From assembly GCA_963843375.1 (NCBI GenBank), contig CAWJKT010000009.1, forward strand, positions 96,001-160,000: 64,000 bases of DNA. The letters run 5' to 3'. Below are positions 19,310 to 33,796 of this stretch, one piece after another; the stretch's first letter is position 1, and each line of letters starts with the position of its first letter. Below the pieces are notes generated by a model that was not told the DNA's origin, did no database searches, and saw only the letters and a program-made list of their open reading frames with translations. This DNA is from an uncultured Pseudomonadota bacterium. Its GTDB lineage: Bacteria; Oederibacteriota; Muellerivitia; Muellerivitales; Muellerivitaceae. The position numbers were made by a program, and so were the translations under genes.

Positions 19310-21675
19310 ATGGGGACCGAAACACTTTCACCTGAACTGCTCCGCAAAATGGATGCCTATTGGCGCGCCGCGAACTATCTGTCGGTCGGCCAGATATACC
19401 TTTATGACAATCCGTTGCTGAAGGAGCCCTTGAAGCTGTCCCACGTTAAGCCCTTGGTGGTCGGGCATTGGGGCACGACCCCCGGCCAGAACTTCATCTA
19501 CGTTCACCTGAACCGGATCATCAAAAAGTATGACTTGGATATGTTTTATGTCGCCGGTCCCGGCCACGGCGGGCCGGCCCTGGTTGCCAATACTTACCTC
19601 GAAGGCACCTATAGCGAGGTTTACTCCAACATCAGCCGGAACGAAGAGGGCTTAAAAAAACTTTTCACGCAATTTTCATTTCCTGGCGGGATTTCCAGCC
19701 ATGTCGCCCCGACGACGCCGGGATCGATCCATGAGGGGGGCGAGTTGGGGTACTCGCTCAGCCATGCATTCGGGGCCGCCTTCGATAATCCAGGCCTCAT
19801 CGTTGCCTGTGTTATCGGGGATGGCGAGGCGGAAACCGGACCCTTGGCGACCGCTTGGCAGTCCAACAAATTCCTCAACCCCATTTCCGATGGGGCCGTC
19901 TTGCCAATTCTTCATCTCAACGGCTACAAGATTTCCAACCCCACCGTCCTGGCCCGGATCGAACCGGAAGAATTGGAAAAATTCTTACGGGGGTGCGGCT
20001 GGACGCCTTATTTCGTGGAGGGAGATGACCCGGAAAAGATGCATCAACTGATGGCGGCTACCCTCGAACAAGTGGTCGAGGAAATCCGGCAGATCCAAAA
20101 GAACGCGCGGGGCAATAACGATACCACCCGGCCCCGCTGGCCGATGATCGTCCTCAGGTCGCCAAAGGGGTGGACGGGACCGAAGACCGTGGATGGTCTC
20201 CAAGTGGAGGGCACGTTCCGGGCGCACCAGGTTCCGCTCCTGGTGGATTCGGAGCATCCCGATCATCTCCACGAATTGGAAAGCTGGATGAAGAGCTATA
20301 AGCCGGAAGAACTTTTCGACAAAAATGGATGTCTCGTGCCGGAATTGGCCGAGTTGTCACCCAAGGGCGACCGGCGGATGGGCGCCAATCCCCACGCTAA
20401 TGGGGGGTTACTGCTTCGAGACCTGCGGATGCCGGATTTCCGTGTCTATGACGTGAAGGTGCCGTCACCTGGAGCCGTTAACGGCCAGGATACGATGGTG
20501 CTTGGAAAGTTTCTTCGGGATGTGGCCAAGATAAATATGGATCAAAACAATTTCCGTATCTTTGGCCCCGATGAAACCCTCTCGAACCTTCTGGGTGCGG
20601 TCTTTGAGGAAACCAACCGTCAGTGGGATGCCCGAACCGAAAAGAACGATGAATTTCTCTCGCCCGCCGGGCGGGTGCTGGACTCGATGCTGAGCGAGCA
20701 CCAGTCGGAGGGCTGGCTGGAGGGTTATCTGCTCACGGGGCGGCACGGACTTTTCAATTGTTACGAGGCATTCATACATATTATCGATTCGATGTTCAAC
20801 CAGCACGCCAAGTGGTTGAAGATCACCGCTGAATTGCCCTGGCGGAGGAAGATCGCGTCGTTGAACTACCTTCTGGCCTCCCACGTCTGGCAACAGGATC
20901 ACAATGGTTTCACCCACCAGGACCCCGGCTTCCTCGACCATGTGGTGAACAAGAAGGCCGATATCGTTCGCGTTTACCTTCCGCCCGACGCCAACTGCCT
21001 CCTTTCGGTTTTTGACCACTGCCTGCGGAGCCGTCACTATGTGAACGTGGTGGTCGCGGGGAAACACGCTCTTCCCCAATGGCTGGACATGGACGCCGCG
21101 GAAAAGCACTGCACGGAAGGTATCGGCATATGGCAATGGGCTAGCAACGACCAAGGTGCCGAGCCCGATGTGGTCCTAGCTTGCTGTGGGGACACACCTA
21201 CCTTGGAAACCCTTGCCGCCGTTTCCATCCTTCGCCAACATTTGCCCGAATTGAAAATCCGGATGATCAATGTGGTCGATCTGATGAGATTACAGCCGCA
21301 AACCGAGCACCCACATGGGCTGAATGATACGAATTTCGATTCGCTTTTCACCAAGGATAAACCCGTCGTCTTCGCCTTCCATGGATACCCCTGGCTGATC
21401 CACCGGTTGACCTACCGCAGGACCAACCGGAATATCCACGTCCGGGGCTATGTGGAGGAGGGCGCAATCACCACGGCTTTTGACATGAGGGTGTTGAACA
21501 AATTGGACAGGTTCCACCTAGTACAAGACGTTGTGGACCGCCTACCAAAGCTGGGAACGAGAGGGGCTTACATCAAGCAGATGGTCAAGGACAAACTCGT
21601 CGAGCACAAGCTTTACATCGATAAACAAGGCCAAGACATGCCCGAAATCCGCAAATGGAAGTGGAGCGTCACTCA

Positions 21676-21679
<4 letters not shown>
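19310..21679 (+). CDS. xfp: Phosphoketolase (Xfp)
   Basis: [38 protein letters not shown]. Confidence 0.95.
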
Positions 21680-24726
<3,047 letters not shown>

Positions 24727-24734
<8 letters not shown>

Positions 24735-25056
24735 AAAACCCGAAACCGAACAGGGGAAAGATACGACAGGGTTCAGCCGGGAGGTCGGCGAGAAGGCGGT
24801 ACGCAAGATCAGGGCCCAACGGAATCCGGTCAAGGGCGTCTGGTTTGGTTTGGGAATGATGGGGCTAATCGGCTGGTCGGTGGTGGTGCCGACCCTCCTT
24901 GGCGCGGCACTTGGCCTATGGTTGGACAAACGGCATCCGGGCGGGCATTCCTGGACGTTGGCCCTCATGGCGGCGGGACTCGCGATTGGATGCATGAACG
25001 CCTGGCATTGGGTGGCCCAACAGGACAAGGAAATGGGGGAGGACCAAAATGACTGA
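24727..25056 (+). CDS. N-ATPase AtpQ (AtpZ/AtpI family)
   Basis: GLGMMGLIGWSVVVPTLLG.ALG.WLD; operon position. Confidence 0.8.
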
Positions 25057-25369
25057 TTTTTTAAAAATGGGGATGGCTTTGGCGGGTGGCGTCTTGATAG
25101 GCGGAATATTTTTTGGCGGCCTCTGGTGGACGGTTCAGAAAGGGGTTTCGATCAAACGGCCCGCCCTTTGGTTCCTCGGCAGCCTGTTGTTAAGGATGGG
25201 GATCACCTTGGGTGGCTTCTATTTCATCGCTCACGGACATTGGGAGAGGCTCCTGGTATGCCTGCTGGGGTTTTTAATTGGCCGCTATATCGTGACGCGG
25301 CTTACGGGTGGGGTGGAAAAACCGAAAATCCTGGCACAGGGGGTCGGCCATGCGCCTTACTCCAGATGA
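25049..25369 (+). CDS. N-ATPase AtpR
   Basis: FFGGLWWTV..S.LLR; operon position. Confidence 0.8.
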   Translation: MTDFLKMGMALAGGVLIGGIFFGGLWWTVQKGVSIKRPALWFLGSLLLRMGITLGGFYFIAHGHWERLLVCLLGFLIGRYIVTRLTGGVEKPKILAQGVGHAPYSR

Positions 25370-26147
25370 GATGATCTTTTGGCATCATGGTTTTCTCAAA
25401 CTCAACGGAACCATTGTTTTCACTTGGGGGCTCATGTTTATCCTGACGGTGGGTTCCAAGATCCTCACCCATAAGCTTTCGACGGGGCCGGACCGTTCCC
25501 GGTGGCAAAACCTGCTTGAAATTGTCGTTACCGCCATCGAAAAGCAAATCCAAGAGGTGGGTTTGAGCCGGCCCGAGAAATATATTGGCTTCCTTGGCAC
25601 CCTTTTTCTTTTTGTCGCCGCAGCCAGCCTTTGCACGGTCATCCCCGGCTACGAGCCCCCCACCGGATCGCTTTCGACCACAGCCGCGCTCGCCTTGTGC
25701 GTGTTCGTGGCCGTGCCTTTCTTCGGAATCGAGGATCAAGGGTTGGGAAACTACCTCAAGTCCTACATGAAGCCCACCTTCATCATGCTGCCTTTCAACA
25801 TCATCAGCGAACTTTCGCGCACCTTGGCCCTGGCTGTCCGTTTGTTCGGCAACATGATGAGCGGGGCGATGATTATAGCCATCCTGCTCACGATCACGCC
25901 GTTTGTTTTCCCGATCATCATGATGGTCCTCGGCCTTCTCACCGGAATGGTTCAGGCCTATATCTTCAGCATCCTGGCAGGGGTTTATATCGCGGCGGCG
26001 ACAAGGGTTCGAAAGCCCAAGCCTGAAACGGATTCAAAACCGGAAGGCAAGGGTGGGGCGAAGGCCGGGATAAAAGCCGACCCGAAACCTGGGACCGAAA
26101 CCGAAAAGGAGGTCGTGGCCGATCATTTGCCCGTTTTGAATCATTGA
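25350..26147 (+). CDS. atpB: F0 subunit a
   Basis: SRTLALAVRLFGNM, QAYIF; PKE-rich tail. Confidence 0.92.
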   Translation: MRLTPDEMIFWHHGFLKLNGTIVFTWGLMFILTVGSKILTHKLSTGPDRSRWQNLLEIVVTAIEKQIQEVGLSRPEKYIGFLGTLFLFVAAASLCTVIPGYEPPTGSLSTTAALALCVFVAVPFFGIEDQGLGNYLKSYMKPTFIMLPFNIISELSRTLALAVRLFGNMMSGAMIIAILLTITPFVFPIIMMVLGLLTGMVQAYIFSILAGVYIAAATRVRKPKPETDSKPEGKGGAKAGIKADPKPGTETEKEVVADHLPVLNH

Positions 26148-26179
26148 AGAAAAAAACATAGTAAATAAAAGGAGGACGC

Positions 26180-26461
26180 ATGGACAGCTTAACGATTATC
26201 GCGGTGGCATCGATTGTCATCGCGGGGATAACCACCGGTTTCGGGACGATGGGGCCCGCCCTGGCGGAAGGGAGGGCGGTCGCGACGGCCTTGACTTCAC
26301 TGGCCCAACAGCCGGATGCCTCCGCCACCATCACCCGGACTTTGTTCGTGGGACTGGCGATGATCGAGTCCACTGCCATCTATTGTTTCGTGGTCTCGAT
26401 GATTCTCATCTTCGCCAACCCCTTCTGGAACCACGCCATTGCCCAAGTGGCGGGAAAGTAA
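26180..26461 (+). CDS. atpE: F0 subunit c (N-ATPase type)
   Basis: PALAEG..QQPD..MIESTAIY. Confidence 0.95.
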   Translation: MDSLTIIAVASIVIAGITTGFGTMGPALAEGRAVATALTSLAQQPDASATITRTLFVGLAMIESTAIYCFVVSMILIFANPFWNHAIAQVAGK

Positions 26462-26465
26462 ACCC

Positions 26466-27611
26466 ATGCTCATCGATTGGTTCACTGTCATCGCCCAGGC
26501 GCTCAACTTCCTCATTTTGGTGTGGCTGATGAAGCGCTTTTTATATAAGCCCATCCTCAACGCCATCAATGAGCGGGAAAAGAGGATCGCCGCCGAACTC
26601 GCGGAGGCGGACAAGAAGAAGTCCGAAGCCCAAAAGGAGGGCGACGATTTCAAGCGCAAAAATGAGGAATTTGATCGGCAACGAGCCATGCTATTGAACC
26701 AGGTAACGGTCGAGGCCCAGGCTGAACGCCAACGGCTTCTCGTGGAGGCGCGAAGGGCCGCCGAGGATTTGAGTTATAAACGGCTGGAAGCCCTGAAGGC
26801 GGAAGAACATAACCTGCACCAGGCCATCCGGCGTCGGACGGGCAAGGAAGTATTCTCCATCGCGCGAAAGACGCTATCTGATCTCGCTGGTACGGGTTTG
26901 GAGGAGCGAATGGCTGACCTGTTTATCAACCGTTTGCGGAAGATGGAAGGCCAGGCGAAAGCCGACCTTGCCGGGGCCCTTCGGACGGCTCCTGAACCCG
27001 CGCTGGTTCGAAGCGCTTTTGACTTACCCATGGAGCAGCGAGCTTCCATCCAAAAGGCGCTGAACGAGACTTTTTCATCCGAGATTCGCGTTCGTTTCGA
27101 AGCCGCCCCGGAATTGATCAACGGTATTGAACTCACTACAAATGGACAAAAGCTTGCATGGAGCATCGAGGATTACCTGGTGTCGATGGAAAAGGGTGTT
27201 GAGGAGATCCTGAAAGAGAAGGATAAAACCGCGAGCAAGGCATCGTCCGATTTGACGCCACGGATCGCCAAGCGCGCTTACGAACTGTACGAGATGCATG
27301 GTCGCAAAAACGATTCGGCGATCCAGGACTGGAGTCAGGCGGAGAGGGAGGTTCGGAAGACGGGTATCAAAGCCGAACCTAAGCCGGAAGCTAAAGTCGA
27401 ACCTAAAGTTGAGCTCAAAGCACCGCCAAAGCCCGAGGCCAAAGCCGAGATCAAACCTGAAGAAGAGGTAGCGCTTAAGCCTAAAGCCGAAGTAACCCCT
27501 AAACCTGAAATAAAAAATGGACCAAAAACAGAAGTTAAAGCCGAGCCTGGGCCGGAAGTCAAAGTGGAACCCAAGCCGGAAAAAGTCAGTCCGGGAACAA
27601 AGAGCGCATGA
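26466..27611 (+). CDS. atpF: F0 subunit b/delta fusion with DUF2934-like insert and PKE-rich tail
   Basis: [44 protein letters not shown]. Confidence 0.88.
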   Translation: MLIDWFTVIAQALNFLILVWLMKRFLYKPILNAINEREKRIAAELAEADKKKSEAQKEGDDFKRKNEEFDRQRAMLLNQVTVEAQAERQRLLVEARRAAEDLSYKRLEALKAEEHNLHQAIRRRTGKEVFSIARKTLSDLAGTGLEERMADLFINRLRKMEGQAKADLAGALRTAPEPALVRSAFDLPMEQRASIQKALNETFSSEIRVRFEAAPELINGIELTTNGQKLAWSIEDYLVSMEKGVEEILKEKDKTASKASSDLTPRIAKRAYELYEMHGRKNDSAIQDWSQAEREVRKTGIKAEPKPEAKVEPKVELKAPPKPEAKAEIKPEEEVALKPKAEVTPKPEIKNGPKTEVKAEPGPEVKVEPKPEKVSPGTKSA

Positions 27612-29302
27612 ACATGGAAACCGAAAACCTTGAAAGTGTTTTTGAAATCGCGTTTGCCGGAATAGGCCAAACGCTGGAAGCGACCAAGCCTCAACTGATG
27701 CCACGAGAGGTTGGAACGATCATGAGTGTCGGAACCGGTATTGCCAAGGTTTCGGGTCTTCCGGGAGTGGGATTTGAGGAATTGATCGAGTTTCCGGGCG
27801 ACGTGCTCGGAATCGCCTTTAACGTCGACGAGAACGAAATCGGCGTAGTCCTGCTCGGGGAATACTGGCATTTGCGGGCGGGGGATGAAGTCCGGCGGAC
27901 GGGCCGGGTCATGGATGTGGCCGTGGGCGAGGGATTGCTGGGCAGGGTCATTGATCCGCTGGGACGCCCCCTTGATGAAAACGGACCGGTGGCCTCCAGC
28001 GGGCGCCTGCCCGTCGAACGCCCCGCCGCGCCCATCATGGACCGGGCACCAGTCACGGTCCCGCTCCAGACTGGCCTCAAGGTCATCGACGCGCTTATCC
28101 CCATCGGGCGGGGCCAAAGGGAGTTGATCCTCGGCGACCGGCGGACGGGGAAGACAGCCATCGCCATCGATACCATCCTCAACCAGCGGGACCAGAATGT
28201 ATTGTGCGTTTATTGTTTCATCGGCCAGCGGGCATCCGCCGTCGCGAAGGCGGTGGCGACCTTGCGGGAAAAAGGCGCGATGGATTACACCGTGGTCGTC
28301 GTGACGGAGGGTAACGATCCTCCAGGCCTCACTTACCTCGCCCCCTACGCCGCCACCAGCATCGCGGAGTCCTTCATGGAATCGGGCCGGGATGTTTTGA
28401 TCGTTTACGATGACCTTACCCATCACGCGCGCGCCTACCGCGAACTCTCCCTCCTGCTGAACCGTCCGCCAGGCCGGGAAGCCTTTCCGGGCGACATCTT
28501 TTATATCCATTCGCGGATGCTCGAACGGACGACGCATTTGGGAAAGGAACTCGGGGGAGGTTCCCTTACCGCGCTCCCCATCATCGAGACCCAGGCCCAG
28601 GATATTTCCGCCTATATTCCCACGAACCTGATTTCCATAACGGATGGGCAGATTTACCTCTCGCCCTCGCTGTTTGAATTGGGAGTACTGCCCGCGGTCG
28701 ATGTGGGGAAATCCGTTTCAAGGGTTGGGGGAAAGGCGCAACGCGAGGCCTACCGGGTGGTGGCGGGAGACCTCAAGCTTGCCTATGCGCAATTCGAGGA
28801 ACTTGAGACTTTTTCCAGGTTCGGCGCAAGCCTGGATGAAAACACCCACAAAGCCATTGAGCATGGACGACGGATACGATCCTGCCTGAAACAGCCGGAA
28901 GGGGCCCCGGTGTCGGTTCCCGCGCAGATTGCCGTCCTGTTGGCGTTGGGGGAGAAACTCTTCGACCTAATCCCATTGGACCGAATGAAGGACGCCGAGA
29001 GATCCCTGCTTGAAGCCTCGGCGAAACTGCCGGGGGAGGTTCGAGGGAGATTGGAGTCCTCCGAAAAATTGAGCGGCAAGGACCGTGAAATGATTATCCA
29101 AACCGCCCGCGATTCGCTTGCCCCCTTCCAAGCCAAATCCGAGCCAAAGACGGCAGTCAATACGGAAACCCCAGTCAAGCCCCGGTCGGGGTCCAAGCCG
29201 GAAGCCAAGACGGAGATAAAGCCGAAACCCGAACCTTTGATCCAGCCGGAAAACAAAACGGAGGCAAAAGAAGGCCCGGACCCGAGGTTAAATCGTGAGT
29301 AA
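27608..29302 (+). CDS. atpA: N-ATPase alpha subunit
   Basis: [34 protein letters not shown]. Confidence 0.95.
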   Translation: MNMETENLESVFEIAFAGIGQTLEATKPQLMPREVGTIMSVGTGIAKVSGLPGVGFEELIEFPGDVLGIAFNVDENEIGVVLLGEYWHLRAGDEVRRTGRVMDVAVGEGLLGRVIDPLGRPLDENGPVASSGRLPVERPAAPIMDRAPVTVPLQTGLKVIDALIPIGRGQRELILGDRRTGKTAIAIDTILNQRDQNVLCVYCFIGQRASAVAKAVATLREKGAMDYTVVVVTEGNDPPGLTYLAPYAATSIAESFMESGRDVLIVYDDLTHHARAYRELSLLLNRPPGREAFPGDIFYIHSRMLERTTHLGKELGGGSLTALPIIETQAQDISAYIPTNLISITDGQIYLSPSLFELGVLPAVDVGKSVSRVGGKAQREAYRVVAGDLKLAYAQFEELETFSRFGASLDENTHKAIEHGRRIRSCLKQPEGAPVSVPAQIAVLLALGEKLFDLIPLDRMKDAERSLLEASAKLPGEVRGRLESSEKLSGKDREMIIQTARDSLAPFQAKSEPKTAVNTETPVKPRSGSKPEAKTEIKPKPEPLIQPENKTEAKEGPDPRLNRE

Positions 29303-30188
29303 CACAACCGCCAGCCTTCGTCGAAAGATCGCCGGTGCCGGGGATCTTCAATCCGTCGTCCGAACAATGAAGGCCGTGGCCGCGTCCAGTATCGGGCAAT
29401 ACGAGAATTCGGTTCTAGCCCTGGCCGACTACTATCATGCCGTTGAACTGGGTTTGGGTGTTTGCTTCAGGGCAAGCGGGCCGGTTTCCGATGTCGAGGT
29501 AAGGAACGGGAAACAAAAAGTGGGAGGCATTGGGGCGGTCGTTTTCGGCTCGGACCAGGGCCTGGTGGGTCAATTTAACGAAGTGGTTGCAGATTTCGCC
29601 GTAAAAACCCTTTCGGCATTTCCATCCAAAGCCGAGGTCTGGGCTGTCGGGGAACGTGTTTACGCGCGGCTTACGGAAGCGGGCCTGCCGTTGATGGGGG
29701 TATTAACCGTGCCGAATTCCGTCAAGGCCATAACACCGCTCGTCGGGCAGATCCTCATGGAAAGCGAGGCGCGCCGGGACAAGGGTGAAATCAGCGAACT
29801 CCACCTTTTCTACAATCGCCCGACATCCGGGGCCGTTTACGCGCCCGTGACCCAGCGGCTTCTGCCACTGGACGAAAACTGGAGACGCAAGCTTGCCGGC
29901 CTCGCCTGGCCGACGGGATTCCTGCCCGAGGTCATGGGCGTGGGCGCCGAGACTTTACGGGCGTTCCTGAACGGATACCTTTTCGTTTCCCTCTTTCGGG
30001 CCTGCGCCGAATCCCTAGCCAGCGAGAACGCCAGCCGCCTGGCGGCGATGCAACGCGCGGATAAAAACATCGACGATTTGTTGGAGGAACTCAACGTTAA
30101 TTTCCATCGGTTGCGCCAAAGCGGAATAGATGAGGAACTTTTCGACGTCATCTCTGGATTCGAGGCCTTGAACGGCAAGGGGAAATGA
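29295..30188 (+). CDS. atpG: N-ATPase gamma subunit
   Basis: [38 protein letters not shown]. Confidence 0.92.
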   Translation: MSNTTASLRRKIAGAGDLQSVVRTMKAVAASSIGQYENSVLALADYYHAVELGLGVCFRASGPVSDVEVRNGKQKVGGIGAVVFGSDQGLVGQFNEVVADFAVKTLSAFPSKAEVWAVGERVYARLTEAGLPLMGVLTVPNSVKAITPLVGQILMESEARRDKGEISELHLFYNRPTSGAVYAPVTQRLLPLDENWRRKLAGLAWPTGFLPEVMGVGAETLRAFLNGYLFVSLFRACAESLASENASRLAAMQRADKNIDDLLEELNVNFHRLRQSGIDEELFDVISGFEALNGKGK

Positions 30189-30229
30189 TGGTTGTCGAAT
30201 AAACTTATAACCGGCCAAGTTTAGGAAGT

Positions 30230-30257
30230 TGTCCACACTGGGGACCCGCATTGGAAA
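30230..30257 (+). repeat. Palindromic putative recombination site 7 (diverged)
   Basis: TGTCCACACTGGG-GA-CCCGCATTGGAAA, between the atpG stop and the convergent transporter stop. Confidence 0.75.
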
Positions 30258-30269
30258 GGGAAGTGTTTT

Positions 30270-31028
30270 TTACTTGTCTTTCTTTTCTTCAGGCCCCCAA
30301 GTCCAATAAAGCCCCAAATAGCCGACGGTTTGGTCGTCGCCGACGATGGAATGACCGCCTGAAAAGAGCAGGCTGAAATCTTTCGAGAAGTTGAATTGAC
30401 CGCCAATGTTCACCAATAGAAAGCCCTGATCAGCAGTCGTGTCAGACCCCTGAGCGAAAAGCTCACCGCCTAACGTCAACTGATCGCTCAAATCTCTTTG
30501 TAACAACCAGCCGCCAAAGGGGTAGTTGCGCATACCAGCCGCCGCGTTTAAGGCGTAACCGCCTCCGCCATAGGTGGTCCAGGGTCCCCAGCTTTTTTGT
30601 ATCCACAGGGGTAGCTTGTACCAGGTCAGTCCATTGCCTAATCCTTGGGCAGAGTTGCCAGTTGAGACTTCTGCCAGGGGAAAGATACCCATTTGAAAAT
30701 CGTTATCGCCTTCCTTCACAAACCGAAATTTGACGCCCAACTCAGTGTCGCCCAGTCCGTAGGCGGAAGGCCCGCTGATAGGGGAAAAATAATTCAGAGA
30801 AGCGATGACGTGAAGTTGCACGTCCGGTAGGGCACCCCAGTTGAACTCAACGGCGGGGGCTTGAACCATAACGTTTCCGCTAAAACGGTCCAGGGTTTGA
30901 AACTCGTAAAATTCAAAATGGTTGAGATCGACCGGTTCCGGATCATCCGTTAAAAAGGGAGGTCCTGCCCAGGCGGGAAGCGTCGTCAACATTAGTAGAG
31001 CGGCTAAAGGCACAGGCCATTTTTTCAT
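30270..31028 (-). CDS. Putative outer-membrane beta-barrel (MetA-pathway/transporter family)
   Basis: Signal peptide, GPPFLTDDPEP, GLGDTELGVK. Confidence 0.6.
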   Translation of the reverse strand: MKKWPVPLAALLMLTTLPAWAGPPFLTDDPEPVDLNHFEFYEFQTLDRFSGNVMVQAPAVEFNWGALPDVQLHVIASLNYFSPISGPSAYGLGDTELGVKFRFVKEGDNDFQMGIFPLAEVSTGNSAQGLGNGLTWYKLPLWIQKSWGPWTTYGGGGYALNAAAGMRNYPFGGWLLQRDLSDQLTLGGELFAQGSDTTADQGFLLVNIGGQFNFSKDFSLLFSGGHSIVGDDQTVGYLGLYWTWGPEEKKDK

Positions 31029-31041
31029 TCGTTGCCCCCCT

Positions 31042-32265
31042 TTAAACTATTCCCAGGCCTGTCAAAACTCCCGCCAGAATAACAACCAGCCAGGGCGGCA
31101 CCCGCCAAAAGACCAATGAAATAAAAGCCACAGCCGCCAGACAAAAGTCGACGGCGTTCAGAATAGCACTGGTCCAAACCGGATTATAGAAGGCGGCCAG
31201 TAAAAGGCCGACGACCGCCGAGTTAATCCCCATCATGGCTTTTTGCATTCCGTTGTAATGTCTGAGACGTTCCCAAAAGGGCATGATTCCAATGACGAGA
31301 AAGAAGGACGGCAAAGATATAGCGACCAGCGCGATGACGCCGCCTACCCAGCCGGTAGGAACTTGATTAGAAACCGCGCCCAGGTAGGCGGCGAAAGTAA
31401 ATAATGGGCCGGGCAGGGCTTGGGCCGCGCCATAACCTGCCAGAAAAGTATCGTTGGAAACCCAACCCCTCGGCACAACCTGGGATTGAAGTAAGGGCAG
31501 TACCACGTGCCCGCCACCAAATACTAAAGAACCTGTCCGGTAAAAACTATCAAACAGTTGAACCGCGTAATTGCCCGAATCCAACGCGAAAACAGGAAGA
31601 AAGAAAAGCAGAATAAAGAAAAGGGAAAGCAAAATGAAACCGGTTATCCGGTTATTTTGGGTGGGAATGAAACCTTTGGTTGTGATAGGGAGTGCGGGAA
31701 GGCAGGCCCAGCCAAAACAACCGCCCGCCACAATGACGCCGATGGGAGCGAGAGGATTGGGAATAAAAGCCACTAACGCGGCGGCGCAAACCGTTAAAGT
31801 CGCGCGAAGTTTATCAGGGCTCAAATTTTTACCCATGGCCCAAAGGGCCTGGGCCAACACCGCCACGGCGACTAATTTAAGGCCGTGCAACCAGTGGTTT
31901 CCCAGTTGAGAGCCGAAGAGTGGCAGGCTATAAGCGAAGAGAATCATCGCCATGGCCGAGGGTAAGGTGAAACCCAGCCAGGCTAAAAAGGCTCCGAAAA
32001 CGCCGCCCCGCGATAGCCCGATGGCGATGCCCACTTGACTGCTGGCGGGGCCTGGGAGAAATTGGCAAAGCGCCACGATATCCACATAGGCGTGTTCGCT
32101 TAACCATTTTTTGCGCGCGACAAATTCTTGGCGAAAATATCCCAAATGTGCGATGGGACCGCCGAAAGAAGTTAATCCCAGCCGTAAGAAGGTCAGGAAG
32201 ATTTCAAATACATGGGAATGTTTTTCATCCCTCGGCGCTATCATTTTGATTTTCGTTTGGCTCAT
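31042..32265 (-). CDS. chrA: Chromate efflux transporter
   Basis: GLTSFGGP, CQFLPGPASSQ, FGGGHVVLP, AQALPGPLF. Confidence 0.92.
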   Translation of the reverse strand: MSQTKIKMIAPRDEKHSHVFEIFLTFLRLGLTSFGGPIAHLGYFRQEFVARKKWLSEHAYVDIVALCQFLPGPASSQVGIAIGLSRGGVFGAFLAWLGFTLPSAMAMILFAYSLPLFGSQLGNHWLHGLKLVAVAVLAQALWAMGKNLSPDKLRATLTVCAAALVAFIPNPLAPIGVIVAGGCFGWACLPALPITTKGFIPTQNNRITGFILLSLFFILLFFLPVFALDSGNYAVQLFDSFYRTGSLVFGGGHVVLPLLQSQVVPRGWVSNDTFLAGYGAAQALPGPLFTFAAYLGAVSNQVPTGWVGGVIALVAISLPSFFLVIGIMPFWERLRHYNGMQKAMMGINSAVVGLLLAAFYNPVWTSAILNAVDFCLAAVAFISLVFWRVPPWLVVILAGVLTGLGIV

Positions 32266-32348
32266 CGCACCTATGCCCTATCTTTTAATTCAAAACCCGT
32301 CCTAAAGTATAAGGGATTTAAGATGACCGCAACGGCAAAGGAGCGTTT

Positions 32349-32765
32349 ATGAAAATGGATAAAGCGTTGATTTTAATCCGTCTGGCTGTCGGAGCCGTTT
32401 TTCTTTCAGAGGGCATTCAAAAATTTCTGTTCTCGGAAACTTGCGGAGCGGGAAGGTTCGCCCAGATCGGCATCCCCGACCCCAATGTGATGGCGCCTTT
32501 TGTGGGTGTGGTGGAAATTGTCTTTGGAGCTTTTATTATTATCGGTTTCCTGACCCGCTTATCTGCTATACCGCTTCTCATCGACATTAGCGTGGCCATC
32601 GCGACTACCAAAATTCCTATCCTGATGGACAAGGGGTTTTGGGCCATGGCCCATGAAGCCCGGACGGATTACGCCATGTTCATGGGGCTTTTGTTTTTGT
32701 TGATAGCGGGCGGCGGTGACTTTTCGGTTGGTTCTGTTTTGAAGTCAGGGAAAAAGAAGCGGTAA
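32349..32765 (+). CDS. DoxX-family membrane protein
   Basis: RLAVGAVFLSEGIQKF..GVVE..GFLTR. Confidence 0.85.
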   Translation: MKMDKALILIRLAVGAVFLSEGIQKFLFSETCGAGRFAQIGIPDPNVMAPFVGVVEIVFGAFIIIGFLTRLSAIPLLIDISVAIATTKIPILMDKGFWAMAHEARTDYAMFMGLLFLLIAGGGDFSVGSVLKSGKKKR

Positions 32766-32807
32766 AGCTGAAGGGTTTAATCGTTAACTATCCATCAGGG
32801 AGAGCGT

Positions 32808-33356
32808 ATGTCAACTTTTGAGAATATCGACGTTTCTATTTTTCGATGGATCAATTCAGATTGGTCAAATCCTGTTTTTGATAAAGTTTTCAGCTTATTT
32901 AGCGATCTTCCGGTTCTCCTGGTTCCCGTTGTCATTTTAATCCTGTGGCTTTTAGTGAAAGGGGGAAAAGCAGGCTGGCTTTTTGTGTTGAAACTGATAT
33001 TGGCAGTGGCAGCTGCCAACGAAATCACGGAGCTTATTTTCAGACCCTGGATCGCCAGGGTGAGGCCCTGCGTCGCTTTGCAGGGGGTGAACACCCCCGA
33101 TGGGATATTGACGTCCTATTCTTTTCCCGCCGGTGCGGCGGCGCTAGTGGCGGCGGGCATGTTGGTTTTGACTTTTCGCTATCCCAAGTACAAATGGCTT
33201 TTTCTTTTTCTGGCGATAATGGTAGGCCTTTCTCGAATTTATTTGGGTGTTCATTATCCAACGGATGTTTTAGGCGGGTTTGCGGTGGGGATTCTGGCAG
33301 GGGGGATGGTAGAGTGGGTTTTTAAGATTGTGAAAAAGTTAATCAAGCGCGCATAG
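32808..33356 (+). CDS. PAP2-family phosphatase
   Basis: R.RP, SFPAG (canonical PSGH altered), SRIYLGVHYPTDV. Confidence 0.8.
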   Translation: MSTFENIDVSIFRWINSDWSNPVFDKVFSLFSDLPVLLVPVVILILWLLVKGGKAGWLFVLKLILAVAAANEITELIFRPWIARVRPCVALQGVNTPDGILTSYSFPAGAAALVAAGMLVLTFRYPKYKWLFLFLAIMVGLSRIYLGVHYPTDVLGGFAVGILAGGMVEWVFKIVKKLIKRA

Positions 33357-33407
33357 TTCAGGTTTTACCGGTCGTTCGCGAAAACGAATCCTTGAAAGGA
33401 AAATAAA

Positions 33408-33782
33408 ATGCAAGATTTGCTTTTGTACCTCGGGGCTTATCTGATCGGTTCTATCCCAGTGGGTTTTTTGATATTAAAAACGTTTAGGAATATCGACATG
33501 AGAAAAGTGTTCGATCGTCCTCTGACCCTATCGCAGAAACTGAAAATAACAGGCATTCCCCTGGGTCTGTTGGTCTTAGCGCTTAATGTGTTGAAGGGCG
33601 TCGCGGCCATTCTTTTAGCCCGCACTCTTTCCCCGACCGATCAACCGGATTGGATATTGGCGGGATTTCTTACCCTCTTAGGCGATGAGTTTCCGGTATT
33701 TCTAAAATTCAAAGGCTATCGGGATATCGGCGTCAGTGTGGGGGTTTTCGCTTCGCTTTTGTTTTGGATGATGACAAAATAA
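33408..33782 (+). CDS. Short PlsY-like (glycerol-3-phosphate acyltransferase-like) membrane protein
   Basis: YLIGSIP, LKG, FPVFLKFKG; shorter than PlsY and motifs degenerate. Confidence 0.55.
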   Translation: MQDLLLYLGAYLIGSIPVGFLILKTFRNIDMRKVFDRPLTLSQKLKITGIPLGLLVLALNVLKGVAAILLARTLSPTDQPDWILAGFLTLLGDEFPVFLKFKGYRDIGVSVGVFASLLFWMMTK

Positions 33783-33796
33783 ACGGGCGAGGATAC